Shown in pieces: positions 48,578-60,900 of a stretch of DNA of 64,000 nt. Made by a program: the position numbers and the translations under genes. Under the pieces are notes generated by a model, which made no database searches, had not been told where the DNA came from, and worked only from the letters and a program-made list of their open reading frames with translations. The DNA comes from Tubiluchus corallicola (taxonomy: Eukaryota; Animalia; Priapulida), in contig JAQGDQ010000045.1 in NCBI GenBank assembly GCA_030141605.1, positions 682,001 through 746,000 of the forward strand, written 5' to 3'. Every line of letters begins with the position of its first letter. Position 1 is the stretch's first letter.

Positions 48578-51500
48578 TATAAAAGCATACCAGGTGCTCT
48601 AACGTTTTTAAGCAATGCGAGGCTGCCAAATCTGCACGGTCATCACTAAGACTAATCTCATCTGCAAAGATCCACTTCTGTAGCCACAGATTTTTGCTGC
48701 TCTAGAAATAAAATAAATATGTTTCATTTCAATCTGCAAGAAACAGATAATTAACGAATTTTTTGTCGGCATACAAGTTCATCATTCGAGTAAGATGTCA
48801 CTCAGTTTTCAGCTCTCCTTATAAATTGCTCCCTAGATATGTTTAACAAATCCTTCCATGTAATGTGTTTTCCATACAATTTGATCAAACTGGCAGAAGT
48901 GCCTTCAGCCATACTGGGGTGACATACCCCCATGAGAGAAAAAGCCAGAGACAGTACGGCAGGTGAAACGATTTCTGTGGCAGCCACCCACCTATTTATA
49001 AATGAGATCAAAATGGCCAAACTTTTGCAGACAAGCACACACCTGCCTATTCAGCTATATACACCTCCAACCATATATATCTTACGGAATTACGTCCCAC
49101 TACCTAGTCACTATAGAGCACACTGCAATATTTCTGCACTTCCGAATCTGATTCAACATGACTTGTGCAAGATGTGGACTTAATTATTTCAGCTAATTCA
49201 GATTTCAATACCATCATGATAAGGCTTTCCAATAAAAACTTCTGTTGCCATTTAAAGTAAATAAATTGCAAAAGAGCTCACAAAATGTTTTTAATCAATT
49301 TTAAATAGGCAACTTCAGAAGGTCACTGCTACCGAAAGAAGTTTAGTCACAACGAAAATGGTTCCGACAATGCAACTGATACCTACAACAAACAAACAAA
49401 CAAAGTAAAAACTAACCTGTTCAAAATTATTCACGAGCACCACGTTTTTTAGACCAGGAAGATTCATAATCAACATTTTGAATAAAGTAGCACAAATAGC
49501 AGAATATCCATCTCTACGCACAGCTCTCACAGTTGTATAGCCCAGTAGTTTTGGAATAAGCAACAATCCCTAGAAAAGATGAACTTCACATTCACAAGAT
49601 GTACAAACAAGAGAACAAGAGAAACTAAAGCAAGCCAGGCCTATATAAGCATGCAACCTTGTCAAATAGGTTTTTAATGTTAAAATAGCAATATTTACCA
49701 CCTTACACATTTCTTGTAGGCATGATCTAAATTTAACATTTCAAATACTCAACTAACGAGGTATTGGTAAATAATTGGTTCTCAAGAATAACAAAATAAG
49801 AGCAAAAGCGGCTTAACTTAGATGTACTTTTTTGCACTAAAATAATATTCGACATTTGAATTTTAAAAATTACAAAACAATAGTTACCTCTTCTATAACA
49901 TTAATTTGATTATTTACTTCCAATTCTTCACTTAAAGCATGTGAAAATTGCAACAAGGTTAACTTCTGTCCTACATTATGTGTCACATCTGTAAAGGATT
50001 GAAACATAATTAATACACAAGCACAACACTGCAACAAATTTGTATACAGTACAAACTACTGGCACAGTGAAATTCAACTTTGTCAAAAAATACCCCCACT
50101 TGACATAAGCATTTCTTCGAATAGATAATATAATTAAGAATATTTTATGGGCATCATAGAAAAATCAAGACAAGTTTTCATTACAGCAATATATTCAGCA
50201 GGTGGAAAGCAAAACTTCATAAGTACCAGCTGTGTAATGGCACAAGTAAATATTGACATGCTGTTGTAGAGACAATAAACAATGTATTACTCAATGTTTC
50301 AGAGTAGCGACAGTTGATATTGTCATTACAATTTTTCCCTGATAGAGGAAGAAATATAATTTGAAACATAGGATAATATACTGTTTGTAGTCTCTACAGC
50401 AGTTGCCAGTGCAAATTTTTACTATGTTAACAATGATGTTTCACTGTATACTGCAATCAAAGTGGCATGATTGTCTTAATTGAAATCTAAGAATAATTTG
50501 TAACAGCTAAGTAACTCTGAACGAATGCAAGTACCGGTATTAGCAAAAATTGACATAGCTGATTAGTATTTCTAGGTTTAGCTGCAAAAACAACTGAAAA
50601 CCAAAGCAGCATAACATTGTAAAATATTTCATATAAACCAGCATAACGACTTGACCGCTTGTTCGGTTGCCTAGTTTCTGCGAAAGGAAAAACTCAGAAG
50701 ATTAACCGTTTAGCATCTGAGGAAAACCCTGTTAATGTATTGATGTAAATTTGCAGTACTGCTGTAATCTACTGAGGTATATTTTTTCACTATTTTCACT
50801 CTTAATGTTCACTATGTTCATTACGTATCACATATGAAGCCTACCTGAAACATTGTAGTTAGAATCATACAGGTTATGTTGCTCTATGTTTGGCTGGGAA
50901 TTACTTAAAATGATTCCATTGTCATTCATGTCTGCTTCACCATGTGAAGTTCGTCTTGAACTTTGACTACTGAAGTCAATGCCAGAATCGGCAAATGTGC
51001 TTCCGGTTGACCGACGTTTTTCAATTGCATCCAAACTAGTTTGTGTATCAAGGCTTGCAGTCAAATCAATGAAGGCCGATGTTTGCGAATCACACCAACT
51101 GTTCACATGTGCATTTTCAATTAAACAACTATTTACAATAGAAGCTCTCACAGGTGCAGAATAACATGAGGTCGCTTTACTATTTAGGATAGTGCTAACA
51201 TCAAAGTCTTTCAAGTGCTCAACTGTCATTGAACTATCAGATTTTGCCGTGCTTTTTGCTGTACAGCATGTAGATTTTCCAGATACACCTTCACTAACAT
51301 TACTCTCATCATCACTGCCTGCTGAAAAAATAGGTCTGGCGAATTGGTCGCTATCGAGTGGAGAAATCTCCGACGTTGAAGATTGGACCTGGGATACTGA
51401 CATTTTACTAAGTTTGTCGCTTTCACCATCACTTTCTATATCACTGAGGTGCAACACAGTTGGATAATGAGTACGGTCATCTTCCATAAAACTACGAGGC

Positions 51501-54500
51501 TCATCAGTAACAGGAGATGTGTCCAAAGCAGCATTTAAACCCAATGAGTTGTAGTTGACTTCCACATCAGAAAAGCTGTCAACTTTTACCATCGAAGCAG
51601 GATAATAGACATTTTGAGAATCAGATGTTAACATACTGTTCACCAACGAAACTTGTTCATAATAATCTTCAAAACTATCTGATTCAAGTGGTTCTCCTTC
51701 AGCCAAAAATCTGAAATGAATGAAAACTGGTAATATTCTTTGGTTGAAGCAGTATGAATAAAAAATAACAAATCTCATTTAGCAAGTGCAGAAGATAGGG
51801 GACTGTACCACAACTAACTTTGACACCAAATTCATTACCAATTTAATATAATAATATAATGCAACAAAATTTCTTCTAAACTAGTTTGTTTAATTTAGTC
51901 AGTGTGAAACCAATTGTTGTTGTATTCAAGTCATTTTTTACTGGTATGAATGCTAAAAAGTTCAACCAATTTTTAATGTGATCGCTGATTGTTACAATAA
52001 TTGTCATCACATCTAATGTCACTACAATGTATGACCAACAATTTCAGTTCAGCCAAAATTTCCATTTGCAATGCTAATTAGCTCTTTTTTTATTTACTTA
52101 TATATTACATTTGCATACAGTCTTGCTGAAGAGCACTTTTTAGAAACTGCCAAATAACTTTTACTAGTAGTTTAACTTTAAAGATAAGCAGCATTCTTGA
52201 CTATTTATGCATTACTAGTTGACAAACTGACATTTCTCGTGTTAGTTATAATCATCACAATTTGTTTTAAACTTAATCATAAATGAATGCACAGAAATAT
52301 TGGAAAATAATAACATCAGTCCATGCTCTTGCGGATAGCTGTTCACGAGGTAATTTTTAAGGCAACTTCTATTCCTTTGTGTAAAAACTATACAAACCTT
52401 TGTAACATTTCGTTAAATTCTTCACCATCCATATCAATTAAACCGTCATATTCTTCATCCCATTCTAGCTGCACACTTCCTGTATCATCATCTAGGAAGA
52501 ATGTTACACTTCCTGTGAATAAAAAATAAAACAAAAACTATGTTAATATTTAAGATAGTGTAGCTAGATTAGTCATAGCTTCTGGTACACTTATAGCATT
52601 TAACTAAGAGATTTTACCTTTTTTATCAAATGGAGCAATGTTTGTACTTGCGTTCCAGCAATATTTTTCAAGCCACAATTTCTGTTATAAATATGAATTA
52701 CAAATTTGATCTACTGCAATGCACATATCGAATGACAGATCTTTCTTTCATAATTGGAACAAATGACTCGGTCAGTCACACTTAACAGAAGCAAATTTCC
52801 ATAAAAACCAGTGATTTTGAAAAATTAAAAAAATGGTGCAAAAACAAAAATTAACGGTCACGTACTATTATACATATTTTAATTAGTGTCATTATTCTAA
52901 CAGTACTTCTGTAGTTTGCATGCAACTGCGACAGCTCTAGTTTTATCAATTTTGCCGCTGGAAAAGACATACAAGACCAAAATAATGAAACCTTAAATGC
53001 ACAACTACCTGTATCACTAGAAGTACTATTGTATCTTTTCCTCATCTTTCCTTTCCATTTCATTGCAGCCCTTTTTGCTAGCAGTGGAGAAAGTATTGAG
53101 GATATTTTTGAAGGTGAGTTGTTAGGAGAACTGCACACAGCACTTTCAGAGTCTGAGTCTGTTAATTTTGAAGCAGTACCTATAGGACTTTCACCACGTT
53201 TAAAATTTACTACATATCCTCCCGATATATGACGTTTCCGACCAATGCTACCAGATCTTAAACGAACTGGACTCTGGTGGGTTTCGTTTAGGTTTAGTCG
53301 TAAACTAGCTGATCGCGGGCGATGAAAAGGTTCATCAGGGTTAAAACTGGGAGACCTATGTCGACGATTAGCATCATCTTTTGATAGGCTGGGAGATCTC
53401 CTGCGAGCTAAGTAATCATCACGAGCTAAACTTGAAGCACGCCGGTATCCTATCAAATCATCCCTAGGAATGCTTGGTGACCTACGATATTCAAAGCTGC
53501 CACGTGATGGCAAGCAAGTGGAAGATTCCCAAACAGGTTGGGTATGTAGTGAATTTGGTCTGGAAGGTTTACTTGGTGTTTGATTTTTATACTTTTCAGC
53601 AATCAACAATGCACTTCGTAAATATCGTTCCAATGAATTACAGTTCTTTGCAGGCTTCTTACGAGGGGAGGGACTTCGCCGAGGTGTCAATTCTAACAAT
53701 TCTTGATCACGGAGATAGCGTTTCAGTTTGTATTCAACCAACCCCACATCCAGGTCTAACACTTCTTGTTTCAGTTGTTTAACTTCACTGTTTAACTGAT
53801 CATACTGACTAGCTGACGTGTCTTCAATACAATCACATAAAATTTCTCCTTCAGCTATAAGACTATCAATAAACTGTGATGTGATGCTTGCTACTGAATC
53901 AATTCTTTGTAATGAACCTGGTACATTAGACAAACTACGAATAAAATCGGGATGTATACCAAGGTCCAACAATGCCTGAATATGGTCTGGAGTCAACTCT
54001 CTTATAGAACTCTCCTCTCGTGAACTAATTAACAAATTGTCTTCTAAAAACTCTGGAGAACAGGGTATGATAAAAGGGGTTGGCACCACTGAAGACTCTG
54101 AAGATATATCAACATCTGTACTCGCCAGCGAGTGACGGTCTGTTAGTGGAGAAGTGTCGTCTCTCAGTTTTTGCAGGCACCTGTCCTCCAATTTACGGTT
54201 GCGTAGATCTGGAATAATGTTAAATCCTTCAGTATCAGAACTAAGCAAGGTGGAATCCTGGGAGCATTCGTCTTGAGACGAAAGGGTAGTTTTATGCAAA
54301 TGATTACATGACTCGTCATTATCACTTGATTTTGTATACCAATAATCAAACTCAGAGTCACATGATGAAGAGCTGCTATATACACACACGTCCTGAAACA
54401 ACAAATAGTTGCATTGGTAAAAACTCCTTAAAATTAACTAAATAATGCAAACGATTGTTTTAATTATCTAAACATTCTGACATAAAATTCGATATTAAAT

Positions 54501-56853
54501 GTAAATTGAAATGCTGCCCCAAAAAGTGTGCATGCACAGAGATTGCTAAGCCTACACATTGCTCCATACTGGATGAGAGTGAGTTACATATTTAAATGTC
54601 ATGCCAGATTACCAGCCTGCATAATGAACAATTCTTCAAAAGTGTGACATTCAAGGGCTGTTTCTGCCATACAATCGAGTGCAGTTTTTCGTTTGTGCAA
54701 CATGGCACCAACTTTTCCACTACATTTTTAGATGGAAACCGCTTTTTTTGATTCAGCATAGTCAAGTTAATAAGAATGGTTACGTTGCCCACTTTTAGAA
54801 AAAATGCCCTCAGAACTTTTTATAGAAGCACTTTTTCAGAATTTTCTTCAGAAAGACAATGTCCAAAAGGCATGAGATATGGTACTTACATCATCGCTAC
54901 ATGGCTTTAATGAATCAGCATAGTAACTATATTTGCCCTTTGCCTATAAAGAACAAAAAATATAACATTAGCAAAAAAAGTTTCATGTAACATTTGTAAT
55001 GTAAATATTACTTTAAAAGAAAAAGACAGGGAAATACAAGACGAAAAAGCAGAGAGCAAAAGGAAATGGTGAATCATTTAAATGACAAATTTAATTCACT
55101 ACTGCTACACATTTTGAAAATAATACTGCATAATGGCCAGCTCGAAATCCACTTTACTACGTTGATGTTAATACCTGAATTACACGTTACTGTGCTTTTG
55201 ACTTCAATTAGGTTAGAAAGCATAATTAATGCAGCAATAACTCACGTCAGGTATATTGACAAAATATAGCAGAATTTTGTAAATGTGAACTTAAATAATT
55301 TAAGGCTAGTAGTAATGAATATTTTGGTATTATAGGAATAATTTTATTTTAAAAGCAAACGCCAAACAATTACCTTGTTTTCACGTTTTGCATGCTTTTT
55401 TCCGTAAATGTTATGGAACTCCTCTTCCCATGGCCAGTCTTCACTATTGTGGTACAAGTGACGTCGTCGCTTATTAGATTTCGAATCAGCATCCCGTAGT
55501 TTTCTTTTGTACTGACGGTAAAGTTTATAACATATCACAGATCCGACGCCCAAGAGAAACAACACTCCTGTGGCACGAACTAGAAAAATATGCAAAAATT
55601 TAGATTAGTAAGTAACTACACTATTAAAAGCATAACCTGATAAAGTAGAAAGCAATGTAATTTATAGTACAAAGCAATGTAATTTATTTTGAAATATAGT
55701 TTAGCTAAACTGCCAAAAATATAATATCTAGAACTTCACCAATGGCGAAATGTAAACAATTGCTACAGTTAAAATTTCTGCCTTTTACTGTTAAATATAA
55801 TTGAATCACACACAATAATGCAGCGAAATTACACATACACTTTATATCCACAACAGACATCAGTCAAACCACCACCCACTAAACATTATCTGTGCATGAG
55901 AGTAATTTCAAATAATCTGACACACAGTGAAGGATTGGGTAGATTTCGGACTGCAACTACGCAGTCTTGAGTTCGAGTCTAGCGGCTGAAACACAAGGAC
56001 ATATTATTCGCTGTTTGTTCCGTTTGGACCAGTAAACGTAAGTCGCTAAATAGCCGTTACTGCTAATGTTATCTGTTAAACGAGAGACAGGAAATAGATG
56101 TCTTTTTTTGTTTTTTAAGGCCCATAGAGTTCGCCTAACCAACGTTCCTTTAGAACCCAACCCAAAAGTTGCGCGTCTGATCCGTTCAGACACATTACCC
56201 AGGCTAAACAAGACCGAGTATGGGTTATAGGTCACTTGGGCAATTGAACATTTAGGCAGTGGGGAGCTTTTTGCCTTTTTCACGTTGAACATAGAGTTAT
56301 CACGCAATCCAGTATCAGAGTCAAACAAGTTATATAATCGAAAATCCACGAACGAAACAACACTAACAAGTACGTATATGGTTACATGTGACCAATGCCC
56401 GAATCTGCGTAGGTCTCGTATATCAGAGAGGAACTTTTTCAATAGGGAAATTTTTGAGCATATCTTGACCCGAGTTACGTTACGGCACCATTACAACTTT
56501 ACATTAGACCAGTGTGTTTGTTTCTCATAATCGCCTGACATCAGCATTTTTCATGGACGGAATAACAATACTATAGGAATAAAAATCCGTCAGTTTTACA
56601 GGCAAATAATAAAAAAATGAGAACGGGCATTCTGAGTTGGTAGTACACATTAATAATAATTGTATTATAGGATAAAACGTAAAAATATACATATATTCCA
56701 AATTGGAAGCGGGTCACTACGTCGACGGGTCATCGTGTCCCGGGTGACAAGAAATTGACCCGGTTCCACATTTGTCAAAGCCTTACTTTCTTTAACTGCG
56801 CATACTATCCCACGTAACAACACCACGCATGAATCAAGAAATTTACAGCACAT
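46123..56853 (-). CDS. Membrane-anchored OTULIN/FAM105-family OTU protein with Cys-to-Ser catalytic substitution, about 1168 aa, 11 exons
   Basis: Exons 56853-56787, 55579-55374, 54943-54890, 54392-53009, 52512-52398, 51710-50845, 49988-49888, 49569-49417, 48701-48591, 47472-47197, 46296-46123; all GT-AG, phases consistent, 3507 nt. The C-terminal part aligns with OTULIN: VRAVRRDGYSAICATLF ~ IRRVRGDNYCALRATLF, WLQKW ~ WIKQW, MEAVKLAM..VPIFAHCLF..NSLNQI ~ YEAVKFLM..VPFFSVLLF..NHLNQV, ISLLTEDDFHF ~ VTLIAEDDRHY. Exon 1 is the least certain. Confidence 0.88.
47197..47472 (-). CDS. OTULIN-like gene exon 10
   Basis: 276 nt, phase 0-0, ...ECMEAVKLAMAASATRLLDSYQDGQIVPIFAHCLFSS...NSLNQINKTQSFDK. Confidence 0.9.
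48529..48574. repeat. (TA)n microsatellite
   Basis: Directly visible. Confidence 0.95.
48591..48701 (-). CDS. OTULIN-like gene exon 9
   Basis: 111 nt, SSKNLWLQKWIFADEISLSDDRADLAASHCLKTLEHL. Confidence 0.85.
49417..49569 (-). CDS. OTULIN-like gene exon 8 (Cys loop)
   Basis: 153 nt, GLLLIPKLLGYTTVRAVRRDGYSAICATLFKMLIMNLPGLKNVVLVNNFEQ. Confidence 0.9.
49888..49988 (-). CDS. OTULIN-like gene exon 7
   Basis: 101 nt, phase 1 to 0, DVTHNVGQKLTLLQFSHALSEELEVNNQINVIEE. Confidence 0.82.
50845..51710 (-). CDS. OTULIN-like gene exon 6 (Ser/Asp-rich)
   Basis: 866-nt open exon inside ORF 50828-51778, phase 2 to 1. Confidence 0.88.
52398..52512 (-). CDS. OTULIN-like gene exon 5 (acidic/aromatic)
   Basis: 115 nt, phase 1 to 2, GSVTFFLDDDTGSVQLEWDEEYDGLIDMDGEEFNEMLQR. 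Confidence 0.85.
53009..54392 (-). CDS. OTULIN-like gene exon 4 (Ser-rich, coiled coil, RxRSxS repeats)
   Basis: 1384-nt open exon inside ORF 52851-54404, phase 0 to 1. Confidence 0.9.
54890..54943 (-). CDS. OTULIN-like gene exon 3
   Basis: 54 nt, tag|GCA...GAT|gtaagt, AKGKYSYYADSLKPCSDD. Confidence 0.72.
55374..55579 (-). CDS. OTULIN-like gene exon 2 (transmembrane helix)
   Basis: RATGVLFLLGVGSVICYKLYRQYKRK...HAKRENK|gtaatt; hydrophobic helix followed by a basic patch. Confidence 0.82.
56787..56853 (-). CDS. OTULIN-like gene putative exon 1
   Basis: MCCKFLDSCVVLLRGIVCAVKE A|gtaagg; phase 1 matches exon 2; CRE-containing CpG patch upstream. Confidence 0.6.
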
Positions 56854-56989
56854 CGAGTTGAAGTTCTTTTTACTGCACAACTTATTGAATTTAATGTCAT
56901 CACGATAGAAACGTTTTCAATCCAAGAAACTTCTCATCCTATGTACAACATCCGTACACTGCCTCCGATAAATAAGTAATTAGACAAGC

Positions 56990-57055
56990 AGACAACCTGC
57001 GCGAATATGGGGCAATTAAGCGCGTGACGTCATAATGACGCAACTACATTGGATA
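56990..57055 (-). promoter_or_regulatory. Putative promoter of the OTULIN-like gene
   Basis: GCGCGTGACGTCATAATGACGCAA (CRE plus half-site) and ATTGG about 170-200 bp upstream of the ATG. Confidence 0.45.
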
Positions 57056-57949
57056 ATTAGGTCCCAGACAGAGATATAACCAAAGACCTTGTTCAACATT
57101 TTTGGCAGGATGGTACACGACGATAAAACATTGTCGATTAAAAAAACATCGAGTTATATAATCTGAGCGATGTGTTTAGTTTTCATTTCAAAACAAGAAC
57201 TCACAGTAATGTTGGTCTCTTGATGTAAAACAAATCTTGTTTTACATCAACATCCAAATGTTACTGTAACAAAACGCCGAATTCAAAAGCTGAAATGCGA
57301 AGATTAAGGTCAATTATAACTCAATGAACCATGTCCAGAAATTGATGCCTGAATTGCCATGAACAATCATTTCCGATTCATTGCTGTGGTAAAGAAGATG
57401 ATTGGCTACTGAGACTTTGCTTAGTAGCAATTAAAGACTAATAAGAAGAAAGTAGATGAAAGAATAACAACATGAGTTTTTTTAAGATGACTTTCAACTG
57501 TCTCTACGTAAAAAAATGAGATCGACCACATCATTTTTCCATATTAAACATCAGCAGATTGTAATCAGCTGGAAAACAGTGAACTAACGACTTATATCGA
57601 TCTAATGAATGTAGAAATTAACAATAACCTGCAAGTGAAAAATTAATCAAAAGTTCATCCAAGAAAAGTGAAACTATTTATTTTATGCCAAATTCAAACA
57701 GTACTACAGTAAAAGGAATGACTCAAAGACATTCAACAAATGTCTACGGACTCTGGACATTCATAGACCGGTGCTGGACATTCAAATTAAAACCACTATA
57801 ATAGAAATGAAAATCAATAAACATGAACATGTACTTTTGCTAAAAAGGCCGCATTAGCTCTCACAAGACCACTCATAACTGACTGCGATCTTCTCATAAA
57901 TTGGTGAGCGTCAGAGAATTTATACTTGAAAACTGCGAAAATTACCGTA

Positions 57950-60900
57950 AATAATAGTTTTTGAGCAGCATTTAAAAAGTGGTAGTTAATCTTGGCTACT
58001 GTTGGGTGCCTGGTGGTAGTAATGGTATTCAAGTTCGGAGGTGTTACTGTTAGGAGCTTAAAGTTTAGTACTGGTGTAAACAGCTTCTGTCAGTGGTAGT
58101 ATTGTGGGTACATGTAAAACAGTTTGAAAAAACGGCGATTGAAGAGTTAAGGCACTCATCATTTAATCATGGGCGTTTAATCATCGTTGGTGGTATAGTT
58201 AGGATGTTGCTACTGGAATAGCAGTGACCCGTTATTTATATAAATTAAACTTTCGTTTACCTTTCACAGGAGGAGGAAACTGCTGCCGATGAGCCATTAT
58301 TATGGAGACACAAGCTAGACAACATAGCGGATGCAGAGTCTGACCTGTACCAGTCAAATGTGTTTAAGTTTAACTAAGACTTGTTTTAAATGCACATTAC
58401 AAAATTTTAAATTTATTTTAATTCCAATATTTACGTTTTTAAGTTAAGGATAAAATTGCTGTGATGCATCCAAACGGACAAAATCCAACGAAGTGCAAAT
58501 ACATGTAGTACAAAGAAGAATATCAGATGAGCTTAATTTTTTATCTAACAAGCTTTATAGACTTTAAATTAGCAAATATGAAAGTTTTATTAACAGGCAA
58601 CTAGGAAAAGATATCAAAACAATTCATGAAATACCAGTGTAATTTTTCAGTTATTTCAATGTTAGAGAAAGAACTTCAACACAACTATTTTTTTATTGAA
58701 TAAATGTAAATTAATTTTAGAAGCTTATTTTTAATAACACTCACCCACTATGTGCATGTTCGTAATACCGCCAGAAAATTTACACATTTTTGGAGATAAA
58801 ATACAATTTCTGTAAACCCGTGAATTTAAGAAAAACACACGTTTATTATGCCACGTGCTCAAATTCTGGCAAAAATTAGATTCTTCGCAAAAATTCCAAA
58901 CGAATCAGTTACGTAAACTAAAGTGGAGGTTTTTCTCATCGAACAATAACCAATTTTACGAAATATATACCTCACAGAATACACATAAAAGAAAACAAAC
59001 TCAAATTTAACTCTGACGTAGATATACGATTGCGTAACTGCAACTCACGACACTTGTCTAGCCAGTGTCTACAAAACCAGTTTGAAGGCATTGGTTTGAA
59101 ATCCACGGGAAATCTTGCTCCTTCAACTCTTTGCGTCCACCATATTAAATTCGACCGTGTCATTGATCAAACAAAACTCCTCATACGTGCAGGTTTACAC
59201 GCACACCCGCTGAATTCAACAAAGGAGAAAGGCGGGCGTATATCTCACAAAACCTTGCATAATGTGATACTTTCAAGGTTTGAAAAAATGCTAATTATCG
59301 AGGAATTACGAAGCGGCTGTATGCACTAATACCAATGTTATCATTTTCACCAGAATTTAACAGAGCTTTGATATAAATCAAATTTAGTTTATGTATATTC
59401 ATAGTAATGGTAGACCATTTCACTTGTTTCGCTCTATTTGTTAACAATATCAATAGTAGAATTATCAGATTCTTACTACTTTAACGCATATTATTAACAT
59501 CTTTCGTGCCTTCTATACCTTTTCCACAGAAAACTTATCATTACAGGCACGAAACAAAAATAAATGGTTAACGATATATGTGCCGTTAACGATATATATA
59601 TATATATATATATATAACGCAAAAAATGTGTGTACACACAACAGCTGCTATTGTTTCTCACCTCTGTTATGGCATTTGGTCTCAACACTCAACAATTTTT
59701 GCGTCTAGTTTGTTTGCATAAAACAGCTTTGTGCGGACGTCCTGGCACTTTCTCTTCAAGGGAATTCCCGTTACTGTAGTCCAGACTATTAAGTCCCTCT
59801 TTTATTAACAACAAATTTTTATCTGTGCTGCCTTTTAGGTTGAAGTCCATGATGTAACGTGGTTGACTGAATTTCCTTATTGTCTTGCTGGCATGGTATA
59901 GTGCTTTATACCTCAACGTGGCCGTTTTTCAATTGGTGATTAGCCGATATTGTTCCGGCACTAATACTACTAAAACTATAAACTTTTTACTTTCACAGGC
60001 AAAAGTTAATGTATTGTAATATGATGTTGTAAAATTTCAACTTGTAGGGCACTTGTTTCTAATAGTATTAAGGTCTAACTTTCGGCACATTTTTTTCTGC
60101 GCTACATGATATAAACAAACGCCAATTATTTTTTACGTTAAAGCAAAAATAGCAATGAATGTTAAGTGGATTACATGTACATTAGTTTCACGATTAATCA
60201 TCACGTCGTTAGGAAATTAGGAAAGGTGTACCAAGGGCATAACTCATAAGCATACGAACCTTTTTGCAATAAAAAACAGAAGATAAACCTTGATCCTACA
60301 TACAAAATACATACACCATGACAAATGAGCAAACTTGTATAAATATTTGATGATTGTTAATCTAAAATCCGAAAATCAGCCATGCAGGCATAGGGTCGGT
60401 CATGACACGCATGGATTGTTTAAATACAAATAATTAGAGGATTACTTGTCGCCTTGAGAGTCAACACGCCTTCAATTTTAGGACGAAAACTTAAGTTTTT
60501 CTAAGTTACGACTTCAGCTTTATTTAGGCTTCCTCGTCTACGAAAACCATGAAATCAAACAAATTCTCAACTGTGCAGAGTCAACTCACATAAAATATGC
60601 AAAAGAAACAACAACCATAAAGTTTGGAGCAGCTTCCCAAAGTTCGCAAGACCGGTGTCGAGTGCTGAGCTTACGTTTTAAAGAAAAAGGACAAGCCGCT
60701 CGGCATGTTGGGCTCATTTTACTGTTATCACTTAAACTTAGAAAAATATATATAACAACTTAGAAAAGAAATTTGCAAGAAACTGTCTATGAAGCATAAA
60801 GTTAACATACTATCGTTGCACTACTACCAGAAATTTTCAGGTGTAGGTGGTAGCAACCATTCACTTGTAAATTATGACGTGCCTAGTGGACATTGTTCGT

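Noticed and set aside
55957-56442. 161-aa minus-strand ORF as an independent gene
   Set aside because: Non-ATG start, no recognisable domain, lies in predicted intron 1 of the OTULIN-like gene; kept only as a possible alternative exon.
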